From Lama glama (taxonomy: Eukaryota): DNA of 64,000 nt. A model generated the notes under the pieces. The model searched no databases, was not told the DNA's origin, and saw only the letters and a program-made list of their open reading frames with translations. The DNA is taken from assembly GCA_028534125.1 (NCBI GenBank), contig CM052816.1, positions 81,904,001 to 81,968,000 on the forward strand. The letters are read 5' to 3'. The position numbers were made by a program, and so were the translations under genes. This document shows, one piece after another, positions 28,277 to 40,600 of the stretch. The first letter of the stretch is position 1. The number at the start of each line of letters is the position of its first letter.

Positions 28277-28508
28277 TCGCTCCCCAAGTAGGGAGAAGAA
28301 GAGAGCTCGTTGGGAGGAAGAGAAAGACAGATGGAGTGACAACCAGAGCTCTGGCAAAGAGAAGAATTATACTTCAATCAAGGAAAAGGAGCCGGAGGAG
28401 GTGCTGCCTGACAAAAATGAGGAGGAGGAAGAGGAACTTCTTAAGCCTGTGTGGATTCGGTGCACCCACTCGGAAAACTACTACTCCAGTGACCCCATGG
28501 ATCAGGTG
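28277..28508 (+). CDS. DROSHA: DROSHA 232-nt exon (RSPSREKKRARWEEEKDRW...WIRCTHSENYYSSDPMDQV)
   Basis: ccttttgaAG / GTaggt, phase 2 to 0, open frame. Confidence 0.95.
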
Positions 28509-28538
28509 GTAGGTCTGAAGTAGGAGAAAAGCTGTGAC

Positions 28539-28791
28539 CCAGAGCTTCTCAGCCTCGGCACTCCTGGCATCTTGGGCCGATAACTCTTTGCAGTGGGGCC
28601 TGCCCTGTGTGTAGTAGGATGTTGAGCTGCATCTCTGGGCTCTGTGCCCTGGTCTCCAGTAGGACCCCACCTTGTGTGATAACCAGAGCTGTCTCCTGAT
28701 ATTGCCAAATGTCCCTGGTGGGGACAGGCCACCCCTCCCTCCGGGTTGAGGCGGGGAAGACTGTCCCTCCCTCCTGGTTGAGAAACACTGC
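28539..28791. mobile_element. MER20 DNA transposon
   Basis: ttctcagcctcggcact...gtaggatgttgagctgcatctctgg...gatattgccaaatgtccctgg...ggttgagaaacactg. Confidence 0.85.
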
Positions 28792-28860
28792 CGTGGACAA
28801 AAGCTGCTTTATGAAGGCAAAAGTGCAGTGGATAAATTAAAGGATCTCTTCATTCTGCAC

Positions 28861-29063
28861 TTTTTTTTTTTTGAAGTATGCTCAGTTTACAAAGTTGTGT
28901 CGGTTTCTAGTGTACAGCATAATTCTTCAGTCATACGTATACATACATATATTTGTTTTCATATTCTTATTCATTATAGGTTACTACAAGATATTGAATA
29001 TAGTTCTCTGTGTTATACAGTAGAAACTTGCTGTTTGTCTATTTTATATATAGTAGTTAGTCT
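28861..29063 (-). mobile_element. 5'-truncated L1 3' end (cetartiodactyl type)
   Basis: Poly-T followed by gaagtat...tttctagtgtacagcataa...ataggttactacaagatattgaatatagttctctgtgttatacagtag. Confidence 0.8.
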
Positions 29064-29465
29064 TTTTTTTTTTAATGACACCGCTAGTCTTAATACTGGT
29101 CATTTTGTAAGCTCTCACTCACAACTCCTTTATGTAGTTTGTGGTATATATGATATGTGTGTGTGTGTTTTTCTTCCAAAATGGGGAATAAGGGAGAACT
29201 GAGTTTATCTCCTACAAATCTGTCCTTGACCAAAGGTAAACACGGCACGTTTCCCTGGCATATTGCTGGTTTGGTGGCTTGTCCGGTGTCACCTTCGATG
29301 GGCTCTCCAGAGACCGAGCGCCCCTGCTGCTCAAGGCGGGGCTCCTGGGGCTTGGCAGCCACACCCCACTGCCGCGGGGGCCCCACCACCTCCCCGTTTG
29401 CTCGCTTCTGTTCTCCTTTTCTTTCTTCCGTCTCTATCTTATTTTCTGTCGCTCTCTCTTTCTTT

Positions 29466-29491
<26 letters not shown>
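29466..29491. repeat. (CT)n microsatellite
   Basis: Direct reading, about 12 units. Confidence 0.95.
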
Positions 29492-29497
<6 letters not shown>

Positions 29498-30279
29498 GAT
29501 AGGCGTTATGCCTCCATCCCATTAATTTAGATGGGCCGCAGGATAGACACACAGTGATGTTCATTGATTAAATGAATGAGTGAAGGAATGAACATCTACA
29601 GATTTAGGACAGAAGAGGTTGGAGCTGTTAGGTTTAGTGCATGGGAGAGAGAAGAGAGCATTCTGTTGTTTGGAATTTTGTGAAAATAGCTTCTGCTCAG
29701 ATTGGATCCTTATCTGTGGGGAACTTGAGAGGCGGCTCCCTTACCTTTGGATAAAAGGGGTTTGAGAAATCTCTCCTGGGGGCATGATATTTTACTTGAT
29801 AAATTAGAGCAGGTTTTAAGTCACAGTTAACGTGGTACAGGGAAGGGGGAGCTCACGTACTGTTTTGCTGCCTAAAGTTTATTCCGTGATTCTCATATTG
29901 TCTCATTTAATCTTCACACAATCCCTGGAAAGAAGGCATCTGTCGCCTCAGAATGTTGTCTTAAATAAGAATGCTTGACGAAGTGTGACTTAAACGAGCT
30001 GGGTTTATTTTTCTCAATAAGCTGTCAGGAGGGAGGTGGTGGCCAGTGCACACTGAGCAACTCAGTGATGGCAGAGCCCTAGGTTGGCATCGCCATCTTC
30101 TAGAGGGGCCACCATGTTTGCAGCAGCAGCTCTGGGCATCACGTCCTCACACACCTCTGTCCAGACACAGATGCAGAGGGCAGTGTTGGGGGGAACCTTC
30201 CTCTAGCAGCTTGCCCAGAGTGCCCATGGATCTTTCCCTCTGTCCCTTTCTTCAGAATTGCATCCTGTGTCCTCACCAG

Positions 30280-30875
30280 GGATTCATTTTTCCATCTCTG
30301 CCATAACCAACCTCCACAAACTTCATGGCTTAAAACAGCACACATTTATTATCTCACCGTTCTGTAGGTCAGAAGTCAAACTTGGATCTCACCAGCTAAA
30401 TCCTGGTGTTAGCAGGGCTGCATTCTTTTCCACAGAGGATCTGTTTCTTGCTTGGTCAGGTTTTTGGCAGAATTCAATTCCTCGTGTCTGTAGAACAGAG
30501 GTCCTTGTTTCCTTCCTGCTGGCTGGCAGGTAAGGGCTGTTTCCAGCTTCTAGAGGCCATGTGCATTCCTTGGTCTATGGACCCCTTTCTTCATCTTCAA
30601 AGCCAGCAGCCCAGGTCGAATCCCTCTTGTGCTTTGAATATCTCTTGCCTCTTCTTCCATTGCACCTTTGGCCCCTGTTGGGAAATGTCCCCACTGTTAA
30701 AGGCTCATGTTAGATTGGGCCCACCCAGATCATCCAGGATAATCTCCCCATCTCAAATTCTGTAACCTAATCACATCTGCAGAGTCCTTTCTTCCATGTG
30801 AGGTAACATTCACTTTCCAAGGACTAGGACAGAGATGTCTTTGGGGCAAGGGGGCTGTGGCTCAGTCTCCCCCAG
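30280..30875. mobile_element. MLT1-type MaLR LTR
   Basis: cacaaacttcatggcttaaaacagcacacatttattatctcaccgttctgtaggtcagaagtc...ttagattgggcccacccagat.atccaggataatctcccc...aatcacatctgcagagtcc. Confidence 0.85.
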
Positions 30876-31833
30876 ATCTGAAGAGAATCATGGTTCTGTT
30901 AGCAAGAAAGAAGGGAAGAATGTCTGCCTTGGGTATTTTTATTCTTAAAATAGCAAAGTTTAAGACCCTGAGGTTCAGAGCGTTTAAATAGGCAGAGCTT
31001 TTTTTTTTCCTTACATTTTTATGGGCGTATTAAAACTCAGTGTAGAAGGAAGACTGATAAACCAGAAGGCCAACATTCGCCTTTGCATTTGTGCAATGTT
31101 GGTACAGCGAGGTGGTAAGAATGTCAGAGCCAAAAAGAAAAACAAACAAACAAGAATGCCAGTCAACCCAGCGTCCCCAGTATCAGTAGCAAGGTGGGGC
31201 TGAGGAAGAGCAGTTACCCTCTTTTGGGATAACTGCAGATTTTATGATTTGTTTTAATGTCCTTTTTTACAAAAGATCTGGTCCTTAACATTTTAAAAAT
31301 TACTAAGTCAAAGAATATGGACGTTTAAAGCAGTTTTCAACCTGGGAGGAGAGTGGGGAAAAGAGAATTTCCTCCAGGAGTGCATAGCAGAACCTCATGT
31401 TTGTGGAGTGTGTTCATGTGTGTCCCTGTGTTTATGGGGTGCATGTGTGTGGGTCATTGGGATGATGTGGAAGATAGACCATCACTGACTTTTAGTGGAG
31501 GGGGTGTATGTTCCCTTGGAGGCTGTCAGGTGTCTTGAATTCTCAGGGGTTTATGATTTTTTTTTTGTTATATCAAAAGGCCTTATGTTAACAATTCTGT
31601 TTCTAAATGTTGGCAAAGTACGTTCTCCTGAGGACTGTGGCAGATATAAATATGTGTGTGATTCAGAGCATCATTATCAGCACCGGGCATTTTGTTTTAA
31701 AATGTTAGTTAAATTGAGGGTGGAAAAATGACATCTTGCTGTTACAAATCTTTGATTACTTGGTGAGGCCTTATGTCTCTTTGGTATGACTGTTACTAAT
31801 ATAGTTCCTAATATTGATTTTTATTTTTCAAAG

Positions 31834-31975
31834 GGAGATTCTACTGTAGTTGGAACAAGTAGGCTCCGTGACTTATATGACAAATTTGAGGAAGAGCTGG
31901 GGAGCAGGCAAGAGAAGGCCAAAGCTGCTAGACCCCCGTGGGAGCCTCCCAAGACGAAGCTAGATGAAGATTTAG
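31834..31975 (+). CDS. DROSHA: DROSHA 142-nt exon (GDSTVVGTSRLRDLYDKFEEELG...KLDEDL)
   Basis: tttttcaaAG / GTgagt; ORF 31786..32052. Confidence 0.96.
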
Positions 31976-32589
31976 GTGAGTCAGACCCTGTGCCCTTTTA
32001 TTACTGCTTAGTCCTGGACTTTGGGGATGTGTCGTTGAGAGTCCCAAATTGAAATTTCCTCTTGTTCATTTTATTTTTCTTAGTTACAGTCAGCATGTAC
32101 ATAACGATGGAACTTTCTTCTTTTTAATCTTATTTTTTCCTTAGTTACATTCAGTGGGCTACATAAGAGATCTCATTTACAAGGCATGCTGACAGGTGTG
32201 GCCCCTGTAGAATTTTTCTAAGATCAGAAGGGACCAGGGGCCAGCCTCCCGTCCAAAGCAGGAGCCTGTTCCCGCGCCTCGTGCCGCTGGCAGGTGGGCC
32301 TCCCCTGGGGTCCCTCCACCGCCAGGGTGCTCTGGTTTGATGAGGAAACTCCCTCCAGCTGTAGCCCAGCTCTCTTTCTAGTCACATAGTTTCCCTAACT
32401 TTCTCATACTGTGGTCTGTCTTTGCCTGTGTGTATTCTGAGGTTCCAAGTCGGTGCTGAGATCTTTGAGGGGAAATTGCGTCCCACCACTTGGTGTCCTT
32501 AGCGCTAAGAGGGTGCTGCGCCCAGGCCAGACACGCACGTGCCCTTCCCTGCCTCCCGGCTGCCCACCTTTGCTCTGTCTCCCTCGCTG

Positions 32590-32790
32590 AGAGGCAGCAC
32601 CGTGGTGGGAACAGCACTGATGAACCGGCTGGCCTGGGTTTGAATCCCTACTCCACCACCTGAAATGGCATCTGAGTGAGTGATTTCATCTCACTGAGCC
32701 TCGCTTTTCTCATCTATGAAAGAGGAGTAACAGCAGCATCTATCTCATGCAGGAGCCTCAAAAACACAACTGTGGAAGTGTTGCTTATTA
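32590..32790. mobile_element. MIR SINE
   Basis: gcctgggtttgaatccctactccacca...tcactgagcctcgcttttctcatctatgaaa. Confidence 0.7.
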
Positions 32791-32849
32791 CTGTGTGTAC
32801 TACGTTAATTTCTTGTAAGATTAATCTAAGTTCTAGGTATGCCTTTTTT

Positions 32850-33167
32850 CTTTTTTTGTGGTAAAATACATGTGACATGTACATAATGCACATAAGATGT
32901 ACCACTGAACCATTTTTAAACGTGCAGTTCAGTTGTGTTAAGTACATTCACATTGTTGTGCAACCAACCTCCAGAACCCTTTTCATCTCGCTAAAATGAA
33001 ACTCTGTCCCCATTAAACAGCAGCTCCCCAGTCCTCCCCACCAGCCCCTGGCGACCACCATTCTATCTTCTCTCTGTGAATCTGAATCCTCTAGGTATTT
33101 CATAGAAGTAGAATCATACTGTAGTGTATGTATCTTTTTGTGACTGGCTTGTTTTATTAGCATAATT
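32850..33167 (-). mobile_element. L1MB-like 3' end fragment
   Basis: ttgtggtaaaatacat...ccatttttaaacgtgcagttcag...acattcacattgttgtgcaacca...cagcccctggcgaccaccattcta. Confidence 0.8.
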
Positions 33168-33178
33168 CTTGGTCTGTT

Positions 33179-33267
33179 GTTTTTTTTTTAAGCTTTTTTT
33201 TAATGGAGGTACTGGGGATTGAACCCAGGACCTTGCACACACTCTACCACTGAGCTATACCACCCCC
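33179..33267 (-). mobile_element. Short tRNA-derived SINE (Vic-1-like), internally deleted
   Basis: Poly-T, taatggaggtactggggattgaacccagga...ctctaccactgagctatacc; flanking direct repeat cttggtctgtt (33168-33178 / 33271-33281). Confidence 0.85.
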
Positions 33268-33885
33268 TGACTTGGTCTGTTTTTATCCAGTCACTTCCAA
33301 GGACTGAAATCTTCTGTTGCTACTATTGAGGGAAAAAAATTTTCAATCTTCAGTCAGGCATTCAGAGCCTTCAGCCTGACGTTCACATTTCAGCCCCTCA
33401 CTTCCAGGTATTTTTCTGCAGGGCCTTTGCTCCAGCCAGAGTCCACGGCGCCCTTGCCTCCATGCGTTTGCCTGCAGCGCCCCAGCCGCGCTCCTTTCTT
33501 CCTCCCCCTCCCCTCAGGCCCACCACCCTCCCATGCCTGGGGCTGGCCTGGGGCTTCCAGATCAGGGCGGGCTCACCACACCTTTTAGAATGTGAAACCC
33601 AATACTGCTACTGTGGTTTGCATTGTCCACCAAGTCTTTCTGTGTAAAAACCTGGGTTTCTTTGCTTCCCCCACTAGACTGTGACTTAGCATTATGGGTT
33701 GTATTACTTTTCCCGGCGTGGCTTAGCAGAGGTCTTGGCGTAGAGTAGGCATTCAAGTATTTGCTGGAATATAAATAACCGTCCCTGCCTTTAGAGGTGT
33801 GGGTCATTTCAAAGTCAGCCTCTGTGCAGAACCAGCTTGTGGATAACTTCAGCTTCTCTCCATGTTTTCCCGTCACTTCTCTTAG

Positions 33886-34040
33886 AGAGTTCCAGTGAGT
33901 CCGAATGTGAGTCCGATGAGGATAGCACCTGTTCCAGCAGCTCAGACTCTGAAGTCTTCGACGTCATTGCAGAAATCAAACGCAAGAAGGCCCACCCCGA
34001 CCGACTCCACGATGAGCTCTGGTACAACGACCCAGGCCAG
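33886..34040 (+). CDS. DROSHA: DROSHA 155-nt exon (ESSSESECESDED...HPDRLHDELWYNDPGQ)
   Basis: cttctcttAG / GTgtgc; ORF 33837..34235. Confidence 0.96.
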
Positions 34041-35439
34041 GTGTGCACATTTTCATGCTCTAGCTGTGAAGGTTGCAGACCCGCATATCACGTTTATGAC
34101 TCCAGGCTCAGAAGGTGCATGTTGGCTGGTACTGAACACGGAAAAAAAAACAACCCTGAATTTTACTCTCAGGGTTGGGCATCATTCTTCACAGCTTATT
34201 TCTTTTCAGCTTCAGAGATCAGCTGCAAAACATAAGCACCAGAGCAACTGTTCCTTGAATCATGTTTGACGATGTTTGTAAATCCTATAGTGGGGAGCAG
34301 GGTGATGGTGCTGCCTCATTAAACCTGCAGTAAACAGAAGGAGACAAATGGTGGGATGAGGGAGAGAGCACTTGTAGCTCTTTTTAAAAACAGCTCATCT
34401 GGAATTTATTTCGCAGCCATACTGTAAAGAACGTCCTGATTCCTAAGGAGTTCCTAGTTGACAGTAGTCACAATTCCTTGTAACTTCTCTTCCTTGTTAA
34501 TAAGCATGTTTGACCTAATGACATCATAACTGGACACAATCATTTTTATTTTTACTTACTATTTTATGATGAATGCATAACACAAAATAGTGTCTTTACA
34601 AAAGATTTGTATTTTACCAATATGCAACACATACAAAAATAGTATCTTTAATGCATACGAAGTAATCAAAGCATAATAAAACATATCCCTATAAAAAAGA
34701 TAATTTAAACTTTATATTTTGTAAATAAATTCATACGTACCATTCTATATTATTTTGAGTGCTCTTCTCCTGGTTCTTATTAGATGACAGCTATCTACAT
34801 TTTTTTTTCCTGGATAGAATTAATATAATTAGAATGCTGGACAGAAATGTACTTTGTGGTCCCCTTTTGCTCTCAGGGAATTGAGCAGAAATGTTTGCAA
34901 ATTGTCAATGCAGTTTGAAACTTACTTTGATATATTAATCGTGTATGTGGTCTCTTTAAACGGCTTTAGTGAGTTACAACTCACATACTGTATGGTTTAC
35001 ACAATTGAAAAGTACAGTTCTGTTTTTTTGTATATTCACAGGATTGTACAACCATCATCACAATCTACTGTTAGAGCATTTTTGTGTCCCCTAAAGAAAT
35101 CTTCTGTCCACTAGTAGTCAGTCCCCTTACCCTGCATGTGGTCTTTTTAACGGACTGTTGCTGTCACATCAGGAAGCCTATTCTTGGTGTCTGTGGGTTC
35201 TTATTGCCATCAGAGATTTACCAGGGCCTTCTGTATAGGCTCAGCTTTGTGTTGAGTGTGTTTGGTTTTGTGTTCTCTGTACAGTGAAGCCCTACACAGG
35301 GCTAATCTGCACTGGGGCCCAGATCCTGCTGAAGGGCAGGAATGTAGCGTGTCTGTCTGCCTCCCTGGAAATCAGTGAGCACTAAGTGATTTCCCCACAC
35401 TTTCCATCACAGCAAGTTGTGTCCAACATTAGGAGTGTG

Positions 35440-35539
35440 NNNNNNNNNNNNNNNNNNNNNNNNNNNNNNNNNNNNNNNNNNNNNNNNNNNNNNNNNNNNN
35501 NNNNNNNNNNNNNNNNNNNNNNNNNNNNNNNNNNNNNNN
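35440..35539. other. Assembly gap (100 N)
   Basis: N run. Confidence 1.
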
Positions 35540-36620
35540 CCCATTCTCCAAACTGGTGCTCTGATCTCCTTTTTGATTCCAGATTAACCATTTATTCTGA
35601 ATAAACTCATGAAACTGGCTTTCAGGCCCTTCAAGATTTTGACCTCAGTTCTGCCCTTTTTGTCTTCACACTCACATGTATGGTCCATTCCATTTAGATG
35701 GGTTGCGTGTTGCTGGAGCATAGCAGGGTTTCTTCTCTCTTTTTTCACATGCCATTGCCTTGTGTGGCATAGCTGTCTTGTTTTTCTGACCTGTTCAGCC
35801 CTTCATATTGTGGCTCCTTGAAGCCTGGACTTTTTTTCCTTTTTCTTTAAAAGTACTAAGCATTATCATATGTGTGTTAGTTTTCCCACCTGGAATCACT
35901 ATTCCTAGTGCTTGCTTCAGCGGCACATGCACTAAAATGAGAATAAATATTCCTTGACCTTGTGGACTCTGAGCTATGCATCACCCTCCTCCCCTCCCCT
36001 GCCCCCACACAGCTTAGCTCAGCCGGCATCTTTCTATCCCAGAGGTGTTCAGGATTATTCATGTATTGAATCCCGTGCGTGGAGTTCATGGCAGTAAAAT
36101 GAATTCACGTGAAAAAACACAGACTCACCTGATTAGTGTTGAAAGTTTTTCTAGTTCTAGTAGGCATTTTCTTCTCTCTGGTTCAGATACATTTAGGTCT
36201 CTCCTTTGAAAACATTTAATCTACAGGTCACCTTCAAAGCATTCTCTGTGTTCCTTCAGAATATAAAATAGGCTTTTCTTTTGTGAAAGAGTCATTTTTC
36301 CTGAAATAAGAAATAGGAGGAACATACTGGAAAGTGGTAGAAGAAAATCGGGGCAAACAGGGCACTGACATTGACATTTTCTGCTTGGCTGCACAAATAA
36401 GTCGGGGACCCAGGCTTGTCACAGCGCTTCCTTTTATCAGACAGTATAGACAGTTTGCAGCTTTATTGGTTTGGGAACATCCGTTTAATCTCCTAACCGT
36501 GACAGCCTCTTCAGAGCTTCGGTACTCATGACATTAAAACCCACACAGTTTCCAAGGCATCGTCGTGCATGGAGTGGATTTTCCCCCCAATAAAAACGAA
36601 TTACATTCTGTTTCTGACAG

Positions 36621-36701
36621 ATGAATGATGGCCCACTCTGCAAATGCAGCGCAAAGGCGAGACGCACAGGAATCAGGCACAGCATTTATCCCGGAGAAGA
36701 G
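36621..36701 (+). CDS. DROSHA: DROSHA 81-nt exon (MNDGPLCKCSAKARRTGIRHSIYPGEE)
   Basis: tttctgacAG / GTaacc, phase 0-0; zinc-ligand CKC...H motif. Confidence 0.96.
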
Positions 36702-37007
36702 GTAACCGGTTCAGGTTATTATGTTTGTCAGCGCCAAGAAGCCAGAAGCAGACAGCTGCTGTTGCTCTTCTTTTCCTTGTAAATGAAATAATGCCGTGGA
36801 AGCAGGCTTCTCATATGCCCTGATTGTCTCTGTTACTGATAACTAGAGAAGAAACGTACTTGGGTTTTGGGGGTGGACTGGGGCACATTATCAAGGAAAC
36901 TTTAAAATATTTGGAAGATTCATTGTTTAAAATAGGCAAGGTGAATTTGACTTTAAAAAAAATTTTTAAGTATCCTAAAATGATACGTACTGTAATACTT
37001 TTGCACC

Positions 37008-37062
37008 TTTTTTTTTAACGTTTTTTATTGATTTATAATCATTTTACAATGTTGTGTCAAAT
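37008..37062 (-). mobile_element. Extremely truncated young L1 3' tip with TSD
   Basis: Poly-T + aacgttttttattgatttataatcattttacaatgttgtgtcaaa, flanked by tttgcac(c/g)ttttt on both sides. Confidence 0.7.
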
Positions 37063-37619
37063 TTGCACGTTTTTGTTATAAATGGTTATGACTCGCCCTG
37101 GAGAAATGATCTTACTGAGGTGCTATAACGCATATCCTTATGTCCCCCCTCTTTCCTTCGGGGACATAAGGATATGCTATTGTCTTTGTTAGTCTTTGTT
37201 GTCCTCACTCAACTGAGTAGCACGTGGATTGGATTTGTTTTATCTGTCACGCCCCAACCCCTGGTTCGTCAGGGACACTTGGATATGTTTGCCTGAACGA
37301 GTTGAATACTTCTCCATCATAGAGTTATATATAACTGTTCCTGCTCAATTATTTTCCTTCACTTTTTCCCCTATTATCTTTTCTTTTTTAAAGTTATTGT
37401 CGTTAATCTCAGGATTGTCACTTTATGATTCAGCACATTACGTTCAGACGTAGTTTATGTAGATCCTTAATTTCTATCGAAAACTTGTTTGGGGCCATAA
37501 TGGTAATCAGACTATGTGAAGTGACGGACATTTTGAACTGTTCCCCTCACTTTTACCTCGTTTACCTTTGAGGGTCGGCAAGAGCAGTGAGGGACTGGGG
37601 GACAAGAGCTGTACCTTGT

Positions 37620-40600
37620 GAGTGTCCGCGTGCATGCCTAGGCTGGGGTTTCTGAGGGCAGGTGCTGCAGTAGAGACAGTTAACATGGGTCAGGCAGGAA
37701 GAGTATGGACTCAGGATTGAGCAGAGGGAGGGATCTGCCTGTGACGGGCCTTTAAAGCCGGACTTGTTGGGATGTCTTGCATGGGGCTAGAATGGCCTTC
37801 ATACCTGCATCTCCCTCTGTCCCCAGAGTGAGCCTCCCCAGGAAGGGCATGGCCTTTGGGGAGGGGGTTGGGCAGTGGAGGCTGACCCTAAAAGAGCTGA
37901 CAGCTGCACGCTGCTTGCTGGACGCTTCCCCACAGCTGGGCAGCAGACCTTTCCTTGAAAGGAGGTCACAGTGGACAGTGGTGTTGGCCGAGGACTTCCA
38001 GGCAGGTGAACCCATCCTCTGAGTGCGTTTATTCCTACGGGAGTGAACGTCTGGCCTTTTCACAATGGACGGGGCCTGTGGAGTCAGTATTCCACCAAGT
38101 GGCAGTCTGGTCTCCTCAAGGACTGGTGCCGTCCTGGGGGCTCAGCACTGGCCATTGCAGGTGGCCGCTGGGCGCTCGGCTGCGGCAGTCGGCTTAGCCA
38201 GCTGAGCCTTGGTGAGTGGGGTCCGTGCTGTTGGGCTTACGTGAAGCCTCCATCTGCAAACCAGGATTGGGCTCTTCCCTCTGCTTTCACCCCCCTGTTC
38301 CAGTCGTCGCTGAGGGCAGAGTGCTGGTGCAACAGTGGTGGGCCCCTGCTCGTGCAGCGGATTTGTGACCTCTGCTCCTGTGTGTACTTGGTTCTGGATG
38401 TATGCCCCCTCCATCGATGGATTATTGCTGGTCCCACCCAAACTTGTGCCTGGGTGGGACTGGTAGGACCCAGCTTATGATGGGCAGTTCCAGCCATATG
38501 TCTGTTTGCTGTCCCTGGGCCATGCCTTCCATATCTACCAGGGCTCAGAAGCACCAGGAATTGTTTTTCAAAAGCATATAATTCTTCACAATAGATGGCG
38601 TAGCTTGGCTCCAGAACCCTGGAGACCAGCATCGTGGTTCTCCCAGTGTGGCCACAAATTCCTCTCAGCATCTTTTCCCACCAATAGTGTAGGATTTGCC
38701 AAACTGTATGGCCCCCGCAGCAGGGCTGCTTGCACTGTGCTTTGGAACTGCTGAGGCCTTTCTCACCTGCGCCACGCTCACAGCTGGCAGCCTTTTGTGC
38801 CACTTTATAAATGGGCTGCGGCAGTATTCCAGGCTGAGAATTCCAGGCTGCCTCCTGAACCCTGGGAGGCCCACCTGGTGTTGTGCTTCCTTCTTCATCA
38901 TGGGAGGTGAAAGAGGCAATAATTTTGTCTTTTCCTTCGGATGGATGTCTCAGAACTCCCTAGACTGCTGACTCCCAAGAATGATTTGGCTGTGGTAGGC
39001 CCTGAATCTTTGTAGGGTTATCTCACCCTTTGGAGTGTGTCCATTTTATCAAGGCTTCTAGCTTGATCAGCGTGATAACGTCACAGACACAGTGGAGCAG
39101 TGTAATGTTCTGCAGTGTGCCAGCAGGTCAGGAGTGCCTTGGACTGCGTTGTACAGTGAGTGTCAGAGTTAACACAACCCTGTGGCAAAACTGCCCATAT
39201 CATCTGTTCCATGTGAACGTGAACCACTTCTGATCAAAACTGGTTCTCATTCTGATTGGGATAGAAAAGAATATATTCAGCAAATCAGTTGCCGCATACC
39301 TTCCATTATGATGGCTCTTACTCCACAGATCCAGGACCCAGTGTGAGGTGCCACCGTCTACCAATTTTGTCAATTCCAGTGATACATTTTGGAACCAGGG
39401 AAATGACCACTGGGTGGATCTTTGGACTCAGTGGACCAACTGTAATCCAGACCTTGACCAAGATTTCATTTACTACCTTCGCCTCATATCCCCCATTCTA
39501 ATGGGAATACCAGGATGATACATTCAGCCTCCGAGTATCAGTTGATTCAGATACTGCGTTCAGTACTCCTTGAACTTTCCGGCTTTTTCTTTCCTAGTGA
39601 ATAGTTATCTGGGAACAATGGCCATAGGCCTCTTTGAGAAAGGACAGGACTTTTGTGACCATTTTTGCTTGTAATAGTGTTGAAAGGCCCTTTCTCCTGG
39701 GATCTGGCCACCTCTTCAGTCAATGGATTCAGTTCAGTAACTGGGCAAGGGATCATGACTGTTAATTGGAGTAACCTACCTTCCTAAAGTCTCTTTGTAT
39801 CCCTTCTTAATTTCTTGTGTTGGTACAAACTAAGGTAGTACTCTTGTCAACCACTCATTTATTTTGTACTGAAGGACACCATATTGTGAAAACCACTTCT
39901 GTGACTCTTTGTGGATCAGATCCCTTTGGCTGCCACTTTGATCTTGCTGGTCGTAACGATAATTGTGTGACCTGGCTTCTTATAATTAGCCCCATCATCT
40001 GGCCTCCCTTGTTCCAGAGTCCTGACCTCCCTGTTGCTGTCAGCAAGCTCTGCTCTGTGACCACCGCTCTTACTGTCAGCCCAGCCTGCAGAGGAGGCCA
40101 GCACGGGCCTTCCTGGGGTGCTGGTGCCCCTTCATAGCACATTCCTATCAGCCTCGGTCCATGGCGTGTCCCCAGGGACTTCCCATGGGATGTGATTATC
40201 TGGTATCTTTTTCAGTCATAGATATTACGTCCATCCCAGTATACCCATTTCCTTGAATCTTCGCATTCCTTCCTCCTCTGTCTGTCATGGCAATTTTGGT
40301 ATTTTCTTTCATTTTACTCAGCACAGGCTGTGGCTTATTCATGCTTTAGGAGACATCTTAGTAGGGAGTTCCCAGCATATCCTGACGTCTTTGAATCCTG
40401 AATGCTCCCAAGTCAGTGAACTCTTCCCTGACCAGTTGTATGTTCTGGCCCTTTTGATCGCACCCGCCCAGCATCTGATCCTGTGTGGACTCCTGCTGCC
40501 GCATGTGCGCCTGCTGGTGCTGGCTCCTTGCATGTCCTCTGGGATAGTGTGTCTCCTCTCAGCACATCCCCAGCTGTGAAAGGTGAAACCAGTTATGCTG

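Noticed and set aside
28730..28790. Short direct repeat ccctccctcc.ggttgag
   Set aside because: Local duplication at the MER20 terminus; no sign of function.
37752..40579. Dense ORF cluster suggesting a nested gene or domesticated ERV gene
   Set aside because: Fragments of decayed ERVL sequence in shifting frames; no long intact gag/pol/env.
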